Source: Mytilus edulis
Lineage: Eukaryota
Length of the DNA: 64,000 bases
Reading direction: 5' to 3'
Assembly (NCBI RefSeq): GCF_963676685.1
Contig: NC_092353.1
Location: 18,290,001 to 18,354,000 of the forward strand
The first letter of the stretch is position 1. Each line of letters begins with the position of its first letter. This document shows positions 1 to 13,400 of this stretch, piece by piece. Below the pieces are notes generated by a model. The model was not told where the DNA came from. It ran no database searches and was given only the letters and a program-made list of their open reading frames with translations. Position numbers and translations under genes: made by a program.

Positions 1-716
1 TGCTAAGTAAATAAAGAAAAGTGTCTATAGTAGCCCTTGTAATGGAAGTTACGTCGTCACATTGTTAAACTAATTTTGATAAGACAATATTTTAAACGTT
101 TTACGCCTAGAATCTAAATAATAAAAGTTTCTTAGTTTAATGTAATACAGCTTATAGAATTTACATAATTATATACAAAGATAATATCATCAATTAAGCT
201 TTTGTAGAAATGAACAAAATGTTTGTATAAAACCAAAATATTTTTTTAAATAATTAATATATAGCTTTCCTGTATCAGAGATGGTTAAGCAATATCAAAA
301 TTTGCTAGTAGGAATATATCTCTTGTGATGAGCCTCGAGCCTCGCTTTTCGTCCTGTTTCTTAAAACTCGTACAAATAAATTATATGTTTTCGACAATAT
401 GTATATCAAGCTTTCTGTCTAATTTTTAAATGCCCTAGAAAGACGGATTCTTATGAAGCACGCATGCAATGCAATTATAAACCGTAAACATTGTAAAAAA
501 AAAGCATTTCATTCTTAAAATAAAAAAGATTTTGTTCATTCATGCAATAGGAAGTGTCGATTGTTGGCGTAAAACGTTTAAAAATATTATCAACTCATAA
601 TAAATTAGCCAATAAAAATAACAGATTCTTGTGAAGCTAACATGTTATGTATTTACGGAAATTGAATATGATATTGGACTGTCTTGCGATTGTTATCAGC
701 CAATCAATTTCATTAA

Positions 717-3700
717 GGTAACACGATACCGAATGACGTTACGCCATGAGTTATCGTTCCTGACGTTATCGAATTTAACGTTCACATATATAAGCCAATG
801 CAGCGGGTTTTGTGTGACATTTTTAACGGTAACTTTTTCTAGATGCAGAGTGCCGAGAGTTTTGATGCAATACGTAGCGGTTATTTGACATAGATTGTTT
901 TATCGTTTTCCGGCAATCATTCTGCTTATAGTTTTATCACTTTATTTTTATTCTTGGTATAGATATAGGAAGTTGTGGTGTGATTGCCAATGAGACAACT
1001 CTCCATCCAAATAACAATTTATAAAAGTAAACCTTGGTTTATTTTTGCAATAAGTACTTATTCATGATTCACGCCGTATCCCCATGAAATTGTGTTTTGA
1101 AAGTAGAAATCTAATTTATAGAAGCTTAGGATGATGTGTGAAAGAAACGGGGAATTTTACAACTATTAATTAGTTTTAAAATGGTCATCAAAAACACCGC
1201 TCGGACAAAATTGAAATTTATTTGGATGATAATACGGATATAATTAGGGGAAAAAGCACAATACAAGCAGACGTTGAAAATCATACAGAAAATAGTTAGT
1301 TTGTATGGAATGTAAAAAAGTGGTTATTTAGCCGAATAAATTTTCCTGTGTAAACAGTCTCTGAAATTCATTGGTCTGTACAGAGTAAATTCGATATAGT
1401 TTTGAAAATATTTTAAAATACAGTTCCAGCTTTGTAATAGTATAAACCAGATCTACTCAGGACGGACAGCAACATCGGAATGAAGCATTAGAAAGTTAAC
1501 GAAGGCCGAAAAATACATGGGCACTTGATTCGGCAGAAATAAAATAACAAAATTCAGGTTTCGTTACAGTCTGAATAAAGCCAGCCCCGAGTATCCACTT
1601 GTGTCTACAAACGCAAGTTGATAGTTGGTGCTGGCTGTAGTCAGACCGGTTCCGTGTTCCCTGATTCTGTTAAAAAACAATTCTCGAAATTTACATGCAA
1701 ACGACTGACTTTTTATTATTCAAACGGCAAGAGACTGTAAAAAAGCTAGATCTTGAAATCATTTACATTTTATATTCGTGTTAATTTACGCTTGCATGGG
1801 TATTCGGTGGGTTTTTTTTTTAGTTTTGAGTTGGAAATAATGTACATGTACAAGTTGGGAGACAAAACGACTGAAAGAAAATTAACAAACTTACCTTTTA
1901 GGGCTCTGAGGGCCATAATGCTCGCATACTAGGCGTCGGAAAAGGTCCGGAAAGTTTCTTTCTTAAAATTAGTTTTTAGAACAAGTATACAAGTATATAT
2001 ATACATGTATAGCGTCAGTTAAAATTTTCCCGACCATCATCGCGGATGTCCTGCTTCTATTGCAAAACCTACCTATTGTATTTATAGATAACTTGTCCTC
2101 GTCCTGAACATGCATGAAATATTTTCCACTAGACGTTAACCAACTAATAATCAAAGCAATCAATTTACAATTTACACCCGTCACTTGGAACTTTATTTGT
2201 TAAAATTTTAATCATTGCCTCATTTCAAAAAATTCGACAAAGTTTAAACGCAGACAGCGGGGAAGACCAAAATTGAACAGTTACGCAAAACTAAATATCT
2301 ACGTTACCGCTTGCTCATTATGGAAGTGGGGTAACATGAGACTTTATTTGTAAAAGTACAAGTACAAACAAAAACAAAAAATGTGTTCATGTTATTTGTA
2401 CAAAAGTTAGCTGATAGAATGATAAATGGAGATATGTGATGTGCAATTTATAAGATAGCAACAGCCGGGTATTAATTAAACGACATCAACACCTTGAAGA
2501 CATCAAGAAAATCGTGACTAATGCTAATTGGAATAGTATCTTTACACTTCTTATTTGTAGTTTTAGTAAACGTTGGAAAATTTTGAGTATGTGTAGTATA
2601 ATTGTCGCAGTAACATTTCAGTCTCTTGGTAAATATAAGTTTAAGTCTTAAAATTTTTGCTCTTCTCTAGAAAATTCAAACCATAATGAAATATAAGGAG
2701 ATGCGGTAAAATTTCCAATTAATCAACTTTCCACCAAAGACGAAATGACGGAAATGCTAGCCTTCTTACATTGCTACTACATTTCAGATCTCCAAATTAT
2801 CATTCCATTATTTAAATTGCATATTCAAAAATATGCATTGTCACCAAATAACTTATAGAGCACGTGTTATCATATTGTTTAAAATTTGTCCGTTCGACCA
2901 TTAATCCCGCACTTAGTATATATAGGGTTAATTAGGCTAATTATTTAGGACTACAGTTGTTTTGCTTCAGCTTTAAAACTATGTACCTGGTGTTACTACT
3001 CATATTATAGGTGCGCATATCGTCTGAATTTTATTTTTTGTTTCATGACAGGTTGCTGGATTAGGCATTTTGATAAAATACAAAGGCAGTGCAGACTCCG
3101 GCTTACATCTGATACAGGTTGAATTTCAAGCTGGAACTTTTAAATTTCGAAGTTGTTTTACTTATATAAATATATGATCTCAAGCTTTGTTATGTAAATA
3201 ATTTTTCACAATGACAGAATGTTGAAATTTGTGAAATTTTGCATACAGTTTGCTAACCCGAATAATTCAGTCCCTCCCCGTAATCAATCTCTCCTACTTA
3301 CTTAATGTAGTAAGCGGAATATAACGACTGAATTATTCGGGTTAACAATTTGCAAGGTTTCTCCGACTTGCTGAGCAAACAAGTAACACATTTACACCAC
3401 GCAGAATACACTATACTACATTTCGTCATTTGATAAGGGATTTTTTCGTTTTGAATTATTTTTGGAGTTTTGTTATTTTATTTTTTGGAATGTGTATTTT
3501 ATCAGGATCATTATTTTTCCTCATAATTTTCACAAAAAACAGAATGTTTAATCTTTTTTGACTGATGCATCAAATGTGTCTTTTATAAACAACTGTTTTC
3601 AAAATTGTATTGTATCGTCCCGAACATGCATGAACTATTTGCCACTGAACGTTAAACAACCATCAAACCGAGCAATTAAAAAACTGTTAAATGAATCAAA

Positions 3701-4633
3701 TTTTTTAAAATACTATATTTCTGCATCGCGGGATGCAGTGATGATACCACCATTGTCTAATATGATGGAGTTAAAAATCAGTAATTCGGATGAATCTCAC
3801 GTGAAATGTTTCATTTAATTTTCACGTAAACTTAACAAAAATCTGAAGGTATTTTTTATGGTTTTAATCAAATTTTAGAACAAAGATATTATTTTAATAA
3901 TTTTATTTCAAATATTTACGTGAATTTAACGTGTACAAAATTCCGATGATTTATGCATGAACTCTTATCATAAGATTCACATGGAACATGTTCACGCAAG
4001 TTTCAAGTATATGCTCGTTTAATGTGAAAATCAGACGATATTAATATTAATTCATATGAGTGAAATGCCATGTGCAGGACGAAATAAAATTATATCTGAT
4101 TCAGTAGAATTTTATATTGCATTACTAGGAACTTTACGACAGTCGACAGGGGAAATGAAAATAAAATATACTCATTCAGATCCCGACACATATTTTTTCT
4201 CTCCATTTCTCTGAGAAGGAATAACGTTATATTCCGTACACCATAACGTCACACGTTTTTGGTCAAATTCTAGGCCTATCAATCAAATTTGAAGCCATTT
4301 ATTTCAAAAACAAGGATGGTGACATATGAGTTTCTATACGTGTATGGATTCACTATGCAATCCTGGATATTATGTTAGTTTTTTGTTTTTCTCCGTATAT
4401 AAGAAAATAGCCATCCATTCGAAAATCTAAAAAGGTAAGCCGAAAAAAAGGCATTTCCCCTATATACCTAAGTAAATTTGTCGCCAAAATTGACGTTTTC
4501 CTATGAAAATCACAAAAAAACAAAAATGGTGACCCCAATTTTTTATTACATATTCCGATGTAACTCGATTCAAAGTACACGTATGCCAAAAATTTTGGAA
4601 ATCGGGAGATATGCCATTCGGTATCGTGTTACC
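717..4633. mobile_element. Non-autonomous DNA transposon, Kolobok-like (copy 1, 3917 bp)
   Basis: Perfect 19-bp TIR GGTAACACGATACCGAATG at 717 and its reverse complement ending at 4633. TTAA on both sides (713-716, 4634-4637). GG termini plus a TTAA TSD fit Kolobok rather than piggyBac. A colinear second copy lies at 34489-38310. No transposase ORF seen. Confidence 0.85.
3256..3342. mobile_element. 87-bp micro-MITE with TA flanks nested in the Kolobok-like element
   Basis: TAACCCGAATAATTCAGTC ... GACTGAATTATTCGGGTTA inverted repeat with TA on both sides. Absent at the equivalent site (~37110-37125) of the second copy. Confidence 0.7.
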
Positions 4634-7289
4634 TTAATTCTATAGAAATATAATACATGTAGGATAATCAAGTTGTTGTAAATATAGAGACTAAGCTAAT
4701 GACAATCCTCATACCAAAATTCATGATAAACCACAAGTTTCCGTTCCCTTAGTATTGCTAAACTTTTTTTTATGGATTGTAATGTTCATTTGATTCGATA
4801 TGCTCCTGTTGCCAATTGCGACACTCTCGTCCTAAACATTCACGAACATTTACCACTGGACGTTAAGCAACTAACAATCAATCGATCAACTGCGTAACAG
4901 ATTTTAATGACTGTATGTTTTACCCGTCACTTTGTCCCACACAATATAATTGAAAACAATATGATATATTATAGTTTTATATACAACAGAAAAAAATTAC
5001 AATATGAACATTTTGTTTATGAAAGGACAACGTAATTATAACTATCTAGAGGTAACAATAAAGTTTTCAGTTTCCAACTTTCACAAAAAAAAACCCAACC
5101 ACATCGAATTGTAATCGGCCGGACTAAACTGATGTTGTATTTTTTAAGCAAATGAATGAAATCATGCAATGAAAAAAATGTCAATATCTTGAATTTTATA
5201 ACCTGTTTAATAATGTCCTACACGATTTAATGATCAAATACATATTTATTTAATAATAAGAATGTGCGAGACGTATAAAACCTACCATTCTACTTTGTTA
5301 AATCTGCATTCGTGAATAGTTTGAAAGTGTGCTCCTGACGTGCAATTCCCCAAATATAAATATGCTGAAGAGAGAAGAGGTGACCGAAGACTGAAAGAAT
5401 AGACAGTTTAAAAGAACAGAAACATTTTTACACCAATTTTGATCAAAATAAAATTGAGAATGGAAATGGGGTACAACCCAACCAAAGAACAGAGGCCCAC
5501 GGATTAATAATAAGATATGCTGTGGTATGATTGCCAATGAGACAACTCTCCACAAGAGACCAACATGAACGAAATGAACAACTATCTATCTATCTATATA
5601 TTTATATATATCTAAAGTCTATAATATCTTAAAATCAATATCTTAAAATCAACTGTTTGCTGACCAAAAGGGTTTGTAAGATACAATTTGAAAAAGACTG
5701 TGATTGGTAAATGTGTAAGCTTTACTTAGTCTGAGTCTGCGACTTCTTTGTGCAAATTTAATCTTGAACTGTTTCAGTAATTTCATTACCTCGGATGTCT
5801 CCATGCAGTAATTGATATATATTTCAATTTCGAAGGATTTCCTATTTATCCGGTGTTAATATTTGTAAATTCAAAAGGACAAAGTTTCAAAAAAAAGTCA
5901 AAAAGTAAAATAAAAATCGAACTATTTAAGTCTTATTATAGTGCACCGTGCACCTAAAAAACTTTTAAACGAAAATCAAACTATTACCAAATACAAATAC
6001 ATTTGTCATACAATTTTAGTTTTATTATGTTTTAAATGCATTTTGAAACGTTATGAAAATTTAGCCTTTGGTTGTTGGCTTATTATCAAGTAATTTTGGA
6101 TTTTAATGGCGTTTTGAATCTGCACACCTGATCATTGAAATAACATTATTTGATTTGTTGAAAGAATTTGGCATTATTATTTTAAAATCATAAGCAATAA
6201 CATTTTCTTATGCATAATATACTTAATGATTATTATAAACGTGAATTGAATATTGATAAAGAATGTGAAATAATTCAATTTTGATTACATTCATGAGTTC
6301 AGGTACAAAATTTAAATCCAATAATGTATTGAATAAAAATCTAATTTGGTTACATAAAATTATCAAATTGAATTTGAAGAATTGAAAAAAGATATTGCAA
6401 AATGAATTATTAAATTCTGCATTGAAATCTCGTCAATTTTAAACCGTTGCATCATGGTAATTTGATGCACCACGCATTCAGTATTGTGACTGACATCTGC
6501 ATGCAGAAAAAAATGCAACGCTTTGTTAATTTTTCCTGTACACAGTCAACGTTTTTAATGTTAAGAAATCAAGAATGTGTAAAAGTACCATACGATATCC
6601 CATTTTTCATTATTTTGTTGAAATGTGATAAAAGGCCCATTTGCTAATAAAGCGTAATAAATTTTTTTAGAAAACAATCGTTTAAAAGATTCTCAAGTGC
6701 ATGGGTATTCAAAACACTCAACGTTTAAAATTATCTGCTTAAAATTTTATCTGTAGATTAAAATTTGAATGAAATTGTTCTGAAACAGTTTTAAAGTTGT
6801 CAGTTTTTCTGCATGTTTGGCACACAGACTTTCTAATGCGATAACAGTGTACTTTATGACAAAGACAGACAATTCGCTATAATAGTACAACAAAGACAGA
6901 CTGTCTAATGCTGTGGCAGTATGTCAGTTGTTTGGCACACACACACTTGCTCATGTGATGAAGTATACGGTTCGGCACATACATACCTTCTTGTGCGATG
7001 AAAGTATACAGTATGGCAAAGAAGGATTTTTTTATGCAATAGCAATAAAAGGTGTACCACAGACGGACTAACTTATCAACTGACAGTATACTGCAGAAAA
7101 CAGGCAGGCATTATAAAATGTCAGTGTGCTTTATAACGGTCACAGGCACATACATACTTTCTGCTGCGATAACAGTTTACTATATGGACTGGACTGGCTT
7201 TTTAAGGATGACATTATGTTGTAGGACACGGATTGACTTTTTTATACGATGACAAAGACAGACATTATTCTATGTTAGTTCAATGTTAA

Positions 7290-9310
7290 CCGCAGATAGA
7301 CTTGCTTATGCGATGACAGAATACGGAATGGCATAGATTTATAATTTTTCTTATGCGATGGCAGTATACGAAATGGCATAGACAGTATTTCTTATACGAT
7401 GAAAGTATACGGCATGGCATATACAGTCTTTCTCATGCGATGACAGTATACGGTATAGCATAGATAGTCTTTCTTATGTAATGACATACTACGGTATCAG
7501 TACGTTACATAACACATTTTATGTTAGTTCAATGTTAACCGCAGATAGACTTGCTTATGCGATGACAGAATACAGAATGGCATAGATAGTATTTCTTATG
7601 CGATGATAGTATACGGAATGGCATAGACAGTATTTCTTATGCGATGAAAGTATACGGAATGGCATAGATAGTCTTTCTTATATTATGACAGAATATGGAA
7701 TGGCATAGAAAATCTTTCTTATGCGATGACAGTATATGGAATGGCATAAAAGTCTGTCTTATGCGATGACAGTATATGGAATGACATAGAAAGTCTTTCT
7801 TAGGCGACGACAGTATACGGAATGGCATAGAAAATCTTTCTTATGCGATGACAGTATATGGAATGGCATAAAAGTCTGTCTTATGCGATGACAGTATATG
7901 GAATGGCATAGAAAGTCTTTCATATGCGATGACAGTATATGGAATGGCATAAAAGTCTGTCTTATGCGATGACAGTATATGGAATGGTATAGAAAGTCTT
8001 TCTTATGCGATGACAGTATACGGAATGGCATAGAAAATCTTTCTTATGCGATGACAGTATATGGAATGGCATAAAAGTCTGTCTTATGCGATGACAGTAT
8101 ATGGAATGGCATAGAAAGTCTTTCGTATGCGTTGACATTATACAGAATGGCATATATATTCTTTCTTATGCGACGACATTATATGGAATGGCATAGACAG
8201 TCTTTCTTATGCGATGACAATATACTGAATTGCAAATAAAGTCTTTCTTATGCGATGACAGTATACTGAATGGCATAGATAGTCTTTCTTATGCGATGAC
8301 ATTATATGAAATGGCATAGACAGTCTTTCTTATGCGATGACAGTATACTGAATGGCATAGAAAGTCTTTCTTATGCGATGACAGTATACAGAATGGCATA
8401 GATAGTCTTTCTTATGCGATGACATTATATGAAATGGCATAGACAGTCTTTCTTATGCGATGACAGTATACTGAATGGCATAGAAAGTTTTTCTTATGCG
8501 ATGACAGTATACAGAATGGCATATATATTCTTTCTTATGCGATGACATTATATGGAATGGCATAGACAGTCTTTCTTATGCGATGACAATATACTGAATT
8601 GCAAATAAAGTCTTTCTTATGCGATGACAGTATACTGAATGGCATAGAAAGTCTTTCTTATGCGAAGACATTATATGGAATGACATAGACAGTCTTTCTT
8701 ATGCGATGACAGTATACTGAATGGCATAGACAATCTTTCTGATGCAATGACAGTATACTGAATGGCATAGAAAGTCTTTCGTATGCGATGACAGTATACA
8801 GAATGGCATATAAAGTCTGTCTTATGCGATGACAGTATATGGAATGGCATAGAAAATCTTTCGTATGCGATGACATTATACAGAATGGCATAGATAGTCT
8901 TTCTTATGCGATGACATTATATGAAATGGCATAGGCAGTCTTTCTTATGCGATGACAGTATACTGAATGGCATAGAAAGTCTTTCTTATGCGATGACAGT
9001 ATACTGAATTGCAAATAAAGTCTTTCTTATGCGATGACAGTATACTGAATGACATAGAAAGTCTTTCTTACACGATGACATTATATGGAATGGTATAGAC
9101 AGTCTTTCTTATGCGATGACAGTATACTAAATGGCATAGACAATCTTTCTTATACGATGACAGTATACTGAATGGCATAGAAAGTCTTTCGTATGCGATG
9201 ACAGTATACAGAATGTCATATAAAGTCTTTCTTATGCGATGACATATGGAATGGCATAGAGTCTTTCTTATGCGAAGACAGTATACTGAATGACATTGAT
9301 AGTTCGTCTT
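7290..9310. repeat. Minisatellite, 40-41 bp unit (GTCTTTCTTATGCGATGACAGTATAC[TG]GAATGGCATAGAAA), roughly 45-50 copies with degenerate flanks
   Basis: Directly visible tandem array. Degenerate units extend to ~6820 on the left and ~9620 on the right. It produces the spurious MPF..SSH ORFs. Confidence 0.95.
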
Positions 9311-11611
9311 ATGTAATTACATAATACGGTATCAGTACATTGCATAACATATTTTATCATACTCTATGATACAGATATACTTTATTGAGCGCTGGCAGTA
9401 CACTTGCTGGCATATAAAAACTTGCTAATGTGATATCAGTATGTTGCTTTACATATGACACGAACATTTCTTAAGTGTTTATTGTTTATGTGACAATAGT
9501 ATACAGTAAGGCTCTGAAAGAATTGTTCATATGATAGCAGTCATCCTATTTTTCACAAAAATACTTTTTGTGTGATCATATCTGTGTTTAGTTGACAACA
9601 GTTTGCTATACGGCACACCCATCTTTTTTAAAAGCGATCAGCTTCTTTATGAATTTCAGAGTCATTTTACTTGTATGTAAAGTATAGACAGGATTTGTTA
9701 TATGATAATAAAAGTATAGTTCAAACAGACATTCTGATATAAAATCAAAATATAATTTGTGGTTGAAAAACACAGTATCAATCAGATCTTTGTTTTGTAT
9801 ATCTAGTTGGAATGACACCCTGATCCTTGCCCAACCTACTCTTCACATCTACTTTCAAGCAGTTAGTCAGGATTCCCGGCTAACATAAGTTTAAATTAAC
9901 TCCCGTTTACTTTACGTCCAGTATTAAATGTCTCATGTATAATTTGGAAAAGAATAAATCAAGCAATAGATAAGTTTGATGAAGGACGATTCTGAAAAGT
10001 GGTAGAGCTTGGATGATATTGATATACGTGGGTAATCTTGACTACTACTACATAACGAATGCATGCAGCAGTTCACTGACGTATCACTTATAAACTTCTG
10101 CTGTTGTCTGTTCTATGGTCGGGTTGTTGTCTCTTTGATACATTCACAATTTCCATTCTCAATTTTATTATTGTGATGGGGTTTTCATTTTCAGAGATCT
10201 TTTACAATTTTCTACACATGGGATCTATCATCTATGTTTATGGCCTGCAAAGTCAAACCCTCTGTCCTACATCTTATCCCATCTCTCAACACACTTTCTG
10301 GTAGGAAAGACCATTTTTTGCAAATTTGATAATACTGATCTGTCTTTAAATATTATGTGATCTAATTATGACATGAATAAAAAGATGGATTTAAAATAGA
10401 AAACTTAAATAATGACTAGACTTACCTACACTTGCACGTACATGCGGCTGCAAGCTAGGTCTGGATGAAATATATAGTTATCCCATGTCTTCCAGATGGA
10501 TAAATACCCCCAATGTTAACAACCTAGTTGTATTTCAATATGAATACTTATGATCATTGACCTCTCACCTTGTTCTGAGGTATGCATTCATAATATTTGT
10601 TCTCGTCTGCAGGAATACACTTATAAAAATACAAGAATCTGTTTATTTGTTTATGTATAATCTGCAAATACAAAGAAAACGGAGAACTTAAAATATATTA
10701 AAATAACCAATTTATTAAAGTAAGAAAACTAGAGTTCTGTAGTGTAAAATATTTCAAATACAAAAACGGATATTTTTAATGATTTTAAATGTATTACATT
10801 CAACCGGCAATCCATCGGAACGTGTGTGACACAAGCTGTGCCACGCGGCCAATCAAAGTTTAATTTACCTGTAGTCTGCTTACCTGTAAAATTTAAATAA
10901 ATATTTGACATCTTACAAATAAATTCTTTATACTAATCATGTTTATGAATGAAACAATATATATATACTATTTTGAGATATTTAAAATATTGAACTTTAT
11001 CTTTATACTGTACAACATAAGGAACCATGCATGCTTATCGATGTCAGATCTGGTTTAAAAGTCCAATATTTGCAATATTTCAACAAAAATTAGTGAATTT
11101 TTTAAGCCGTCGAAGCATAATAATGGGATTAACATTAACCCAGAATTTGAAGTTAACACATATTAATGCTAGAAATTGAAAGATTATCACTTGAAATGAG
11201 AAAGCGTGATACTTTGTGTTATACTTTTTTCCATTTGCTAATACATACTTGCTTAGACCGAACTATCATGCTTCATAATGGTTAACTTTTACAAATTGTG
11301 ACAAGGATAGAGAGTTGTCTCATGAGCACTCATACCACATCTTCTTATATCTACCTTATGACTTGTGTTAAGATTCTATTAGCTTTTGATGTACATGCAT
11401 GTGAAATCTAGTATGGCATTGACTATGATGTGTCATCTTTGTTGGATATAAGGTGCATTCTAATTGGCACAACCAATATGAATTGAAATATTGGGTTTTC
11501 TGTATTGTTAAAATTCTTATTTGATATGGCTTTCTATCTGTTATGATTCGAGTGTATCTAATGAGTTTTGTTCATACAAAACGGGCGTCTGGTGTACCAA
11601 TTCATAATAAA

Positions 11612-12100
11612 TATAGGAAGATGTGGTGTGAGTGCCAATGAGACAACTCTCCATCCAAATAACAATTTTAAAAAAGTAAACCATTATTGGTCAATGTACG
11701 GCCTTCAACACGGAGCCCTGGCTCACACCGATCAACAAGCTATAAAGGGCCCCAACATTTATACTAGTGTAAAACCATTCAAACGGGAAAACCAACGGTC
11801 TAATCTATATAAAATAAAATAAACGAAACGAGAAACACGTATGAATTACATGAACAAACGACAACTACTGTATATCAGATTCCTGACTTAGGACAGGTGC
11901 AAACATTTGCAGCAGGATTAAACATTTTAATGGATTCAAACATTCTCCCTTTTCTGAAACAATAGCATAACATCACAAAATAGAAAAACACACATTAAAA
12001 TATCAATTGGTAGGCTTAACTCAATCAAAAAACGTACATTAATACACTATAAACGAATAAATTCGATCTGCGATATCTGAATGCAAATGCACAGTTAATA
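11612..12100 (+). mobile_element. Abundant dispersed repeat (SINE/MITE-like family starting ATAGGAAGATGTGGTGTGAGTGCCAATGAGACAACTCTCC)
   Basis: Same motif recurs at ~961, ~5515, ~11270(-), ~25333, ~31915-32400, ~40200(-), ~46735-46980 and ~60645-60770(-). Confidence 0.7.
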
Positions 12101-12944
12101 AAATATTAGGGACAAACATCCAAAAAGCAAACAAACAAGCCCAAACAAAACCATGGCAAGTCACCACTGCGAAATAGATAACCCTTCGAAAATATTCACT
12201 TTAGAAAAAAAAAACGGTTTTAAAAAAATACAGGTAAATCTTGAAGTTTATACAAATGTAGTAAGAAGCAGTAAAACTAAGAATATATTTCAAATAACCA
12301 AAGCTGGTATATAGACAAGATTCATAATCATAAGCCTGCATGTTAACTTTGATGATTAGAATTGAGAAAAGAAAAGATGAGTATGTTAAAAAGACATCAA
12401 CTCGACCAAAGAGCAGAAACGCGACAGCACAGGGCCATAAACGGGCAGCAATACGCATAGTAAATCTCAGTTTATAACAGTTGTTAGAATAGGTAACAGA
12501 AGAAACTAAGCAAAGTGTTTCACGTTAGTTATGTTTCATCTTTGGTTATGACAAAGCCTGTTATCGCTTACTATGTGGTATTGTGTTTGATCATTGTTAA
12601 AGGCAGTTTGGTGACCTATGGTTTTTAATTTCAGTATCATTTGATCTCTGGTTTAAAATGACATTATTATCAATCATACCTTCTTGTATGAAATTGAACT
12701 TAATTGTACTGCTCACATTATTGGGCGTCATAATTGACAATAAAAAACTTTGTATTTGTATTTTGTATTGTATTTGTATTTGTTTATATAAGTAGTATGA
12801 TTATCCACTTCCATTCATTTGGTTGTAATTGTGTGTGCTACATGTGCATTGTTACAAGCACTTTAGGTTCTTAATGCTAGATGTGCGATACTTTACTTTC
12901 ATCTTTGTACTCAACAACAACAAACAAAAAACAGACAAATAACA

Positions 12945-13400
12945 AATAGTTATCAAACGTACCAGGATTAGTCTACATTAGACTCATCAGTGACGCTCAT
13001 ATGAAAATAGTTATAAAGCCAAACAAGTACAAGTTGAAGAGCATTGAAGATCCAAATTTAAAAAAAGTTGTGCCAATACAGCTATGGTAATCTATGACTG
13101 TTTTTCGAAATATTCAAAGTTTTGTAAACCAGAAATTTATAAAAATAAACACATAATTGATATTCATGTGAACACCGAAGTGCTGACTTCTGGGCTGGTG
13201 ATACTCTCAGGGATGAAACGTTCACCAGCAGTGGCATTGACCTAGTTGTGTAAATAGTTATCAAACGTATCAGGATTATAATTAAGTACGCCAGACGCGC
13301 GTTTCGTATACATAAGACTCACCATCGTATTAAAATAGTTTTCAAGCCAAACAAGAACAAAATTGAAGAGCAAAATTCCCAAAAAAAATGTGCCAAATAC
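12945..13400 (-). mobile_element. Retrozyme-like tandem repeat (~1.5 units of ~310-340 bp) with two damaged type I hammerhead ribozyme motifs
   Basis: Unit start AAATAGTTATCAAACGTA(C/T)CAGGATT recurs at ~12945 and ~13252. Minus-strand hammerhead remnants: GCGTCACTGATGAGTCTAATGTAGAC (12971-12996) and TGAGTCTTATGTATACGAAACGCGCGTCTGGCGT (13288-13321). Confidence 0.7.

Noticed and set aside
4353-4589. Similar ORFs at 4353-4589/38027-38266 and 3558-3818/37259-37477 suggesting duplicated small genes
   Set aside because: The similarity is explained by the two transposon copies, and there are no transposase or other motifs.
7637-8891. Repetitive ORFs MPFRILSSHKKDFLCHSIYCHR...
   Set aside because: Translations of the 41-bp satellite. 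The unit is not a multiple of 3 and the frames break repeatedly.
10420-10612. Minus-strand exon-like segments with good splice signals (CTGCAG|ACGAG...AAG|GTGAG and ...TAG|GTAAGT)
   Set aside because: Stops in all frames of the larger piece, an implausibly short intron and no recognisable protein. A non-coding exon cannot be excluded.
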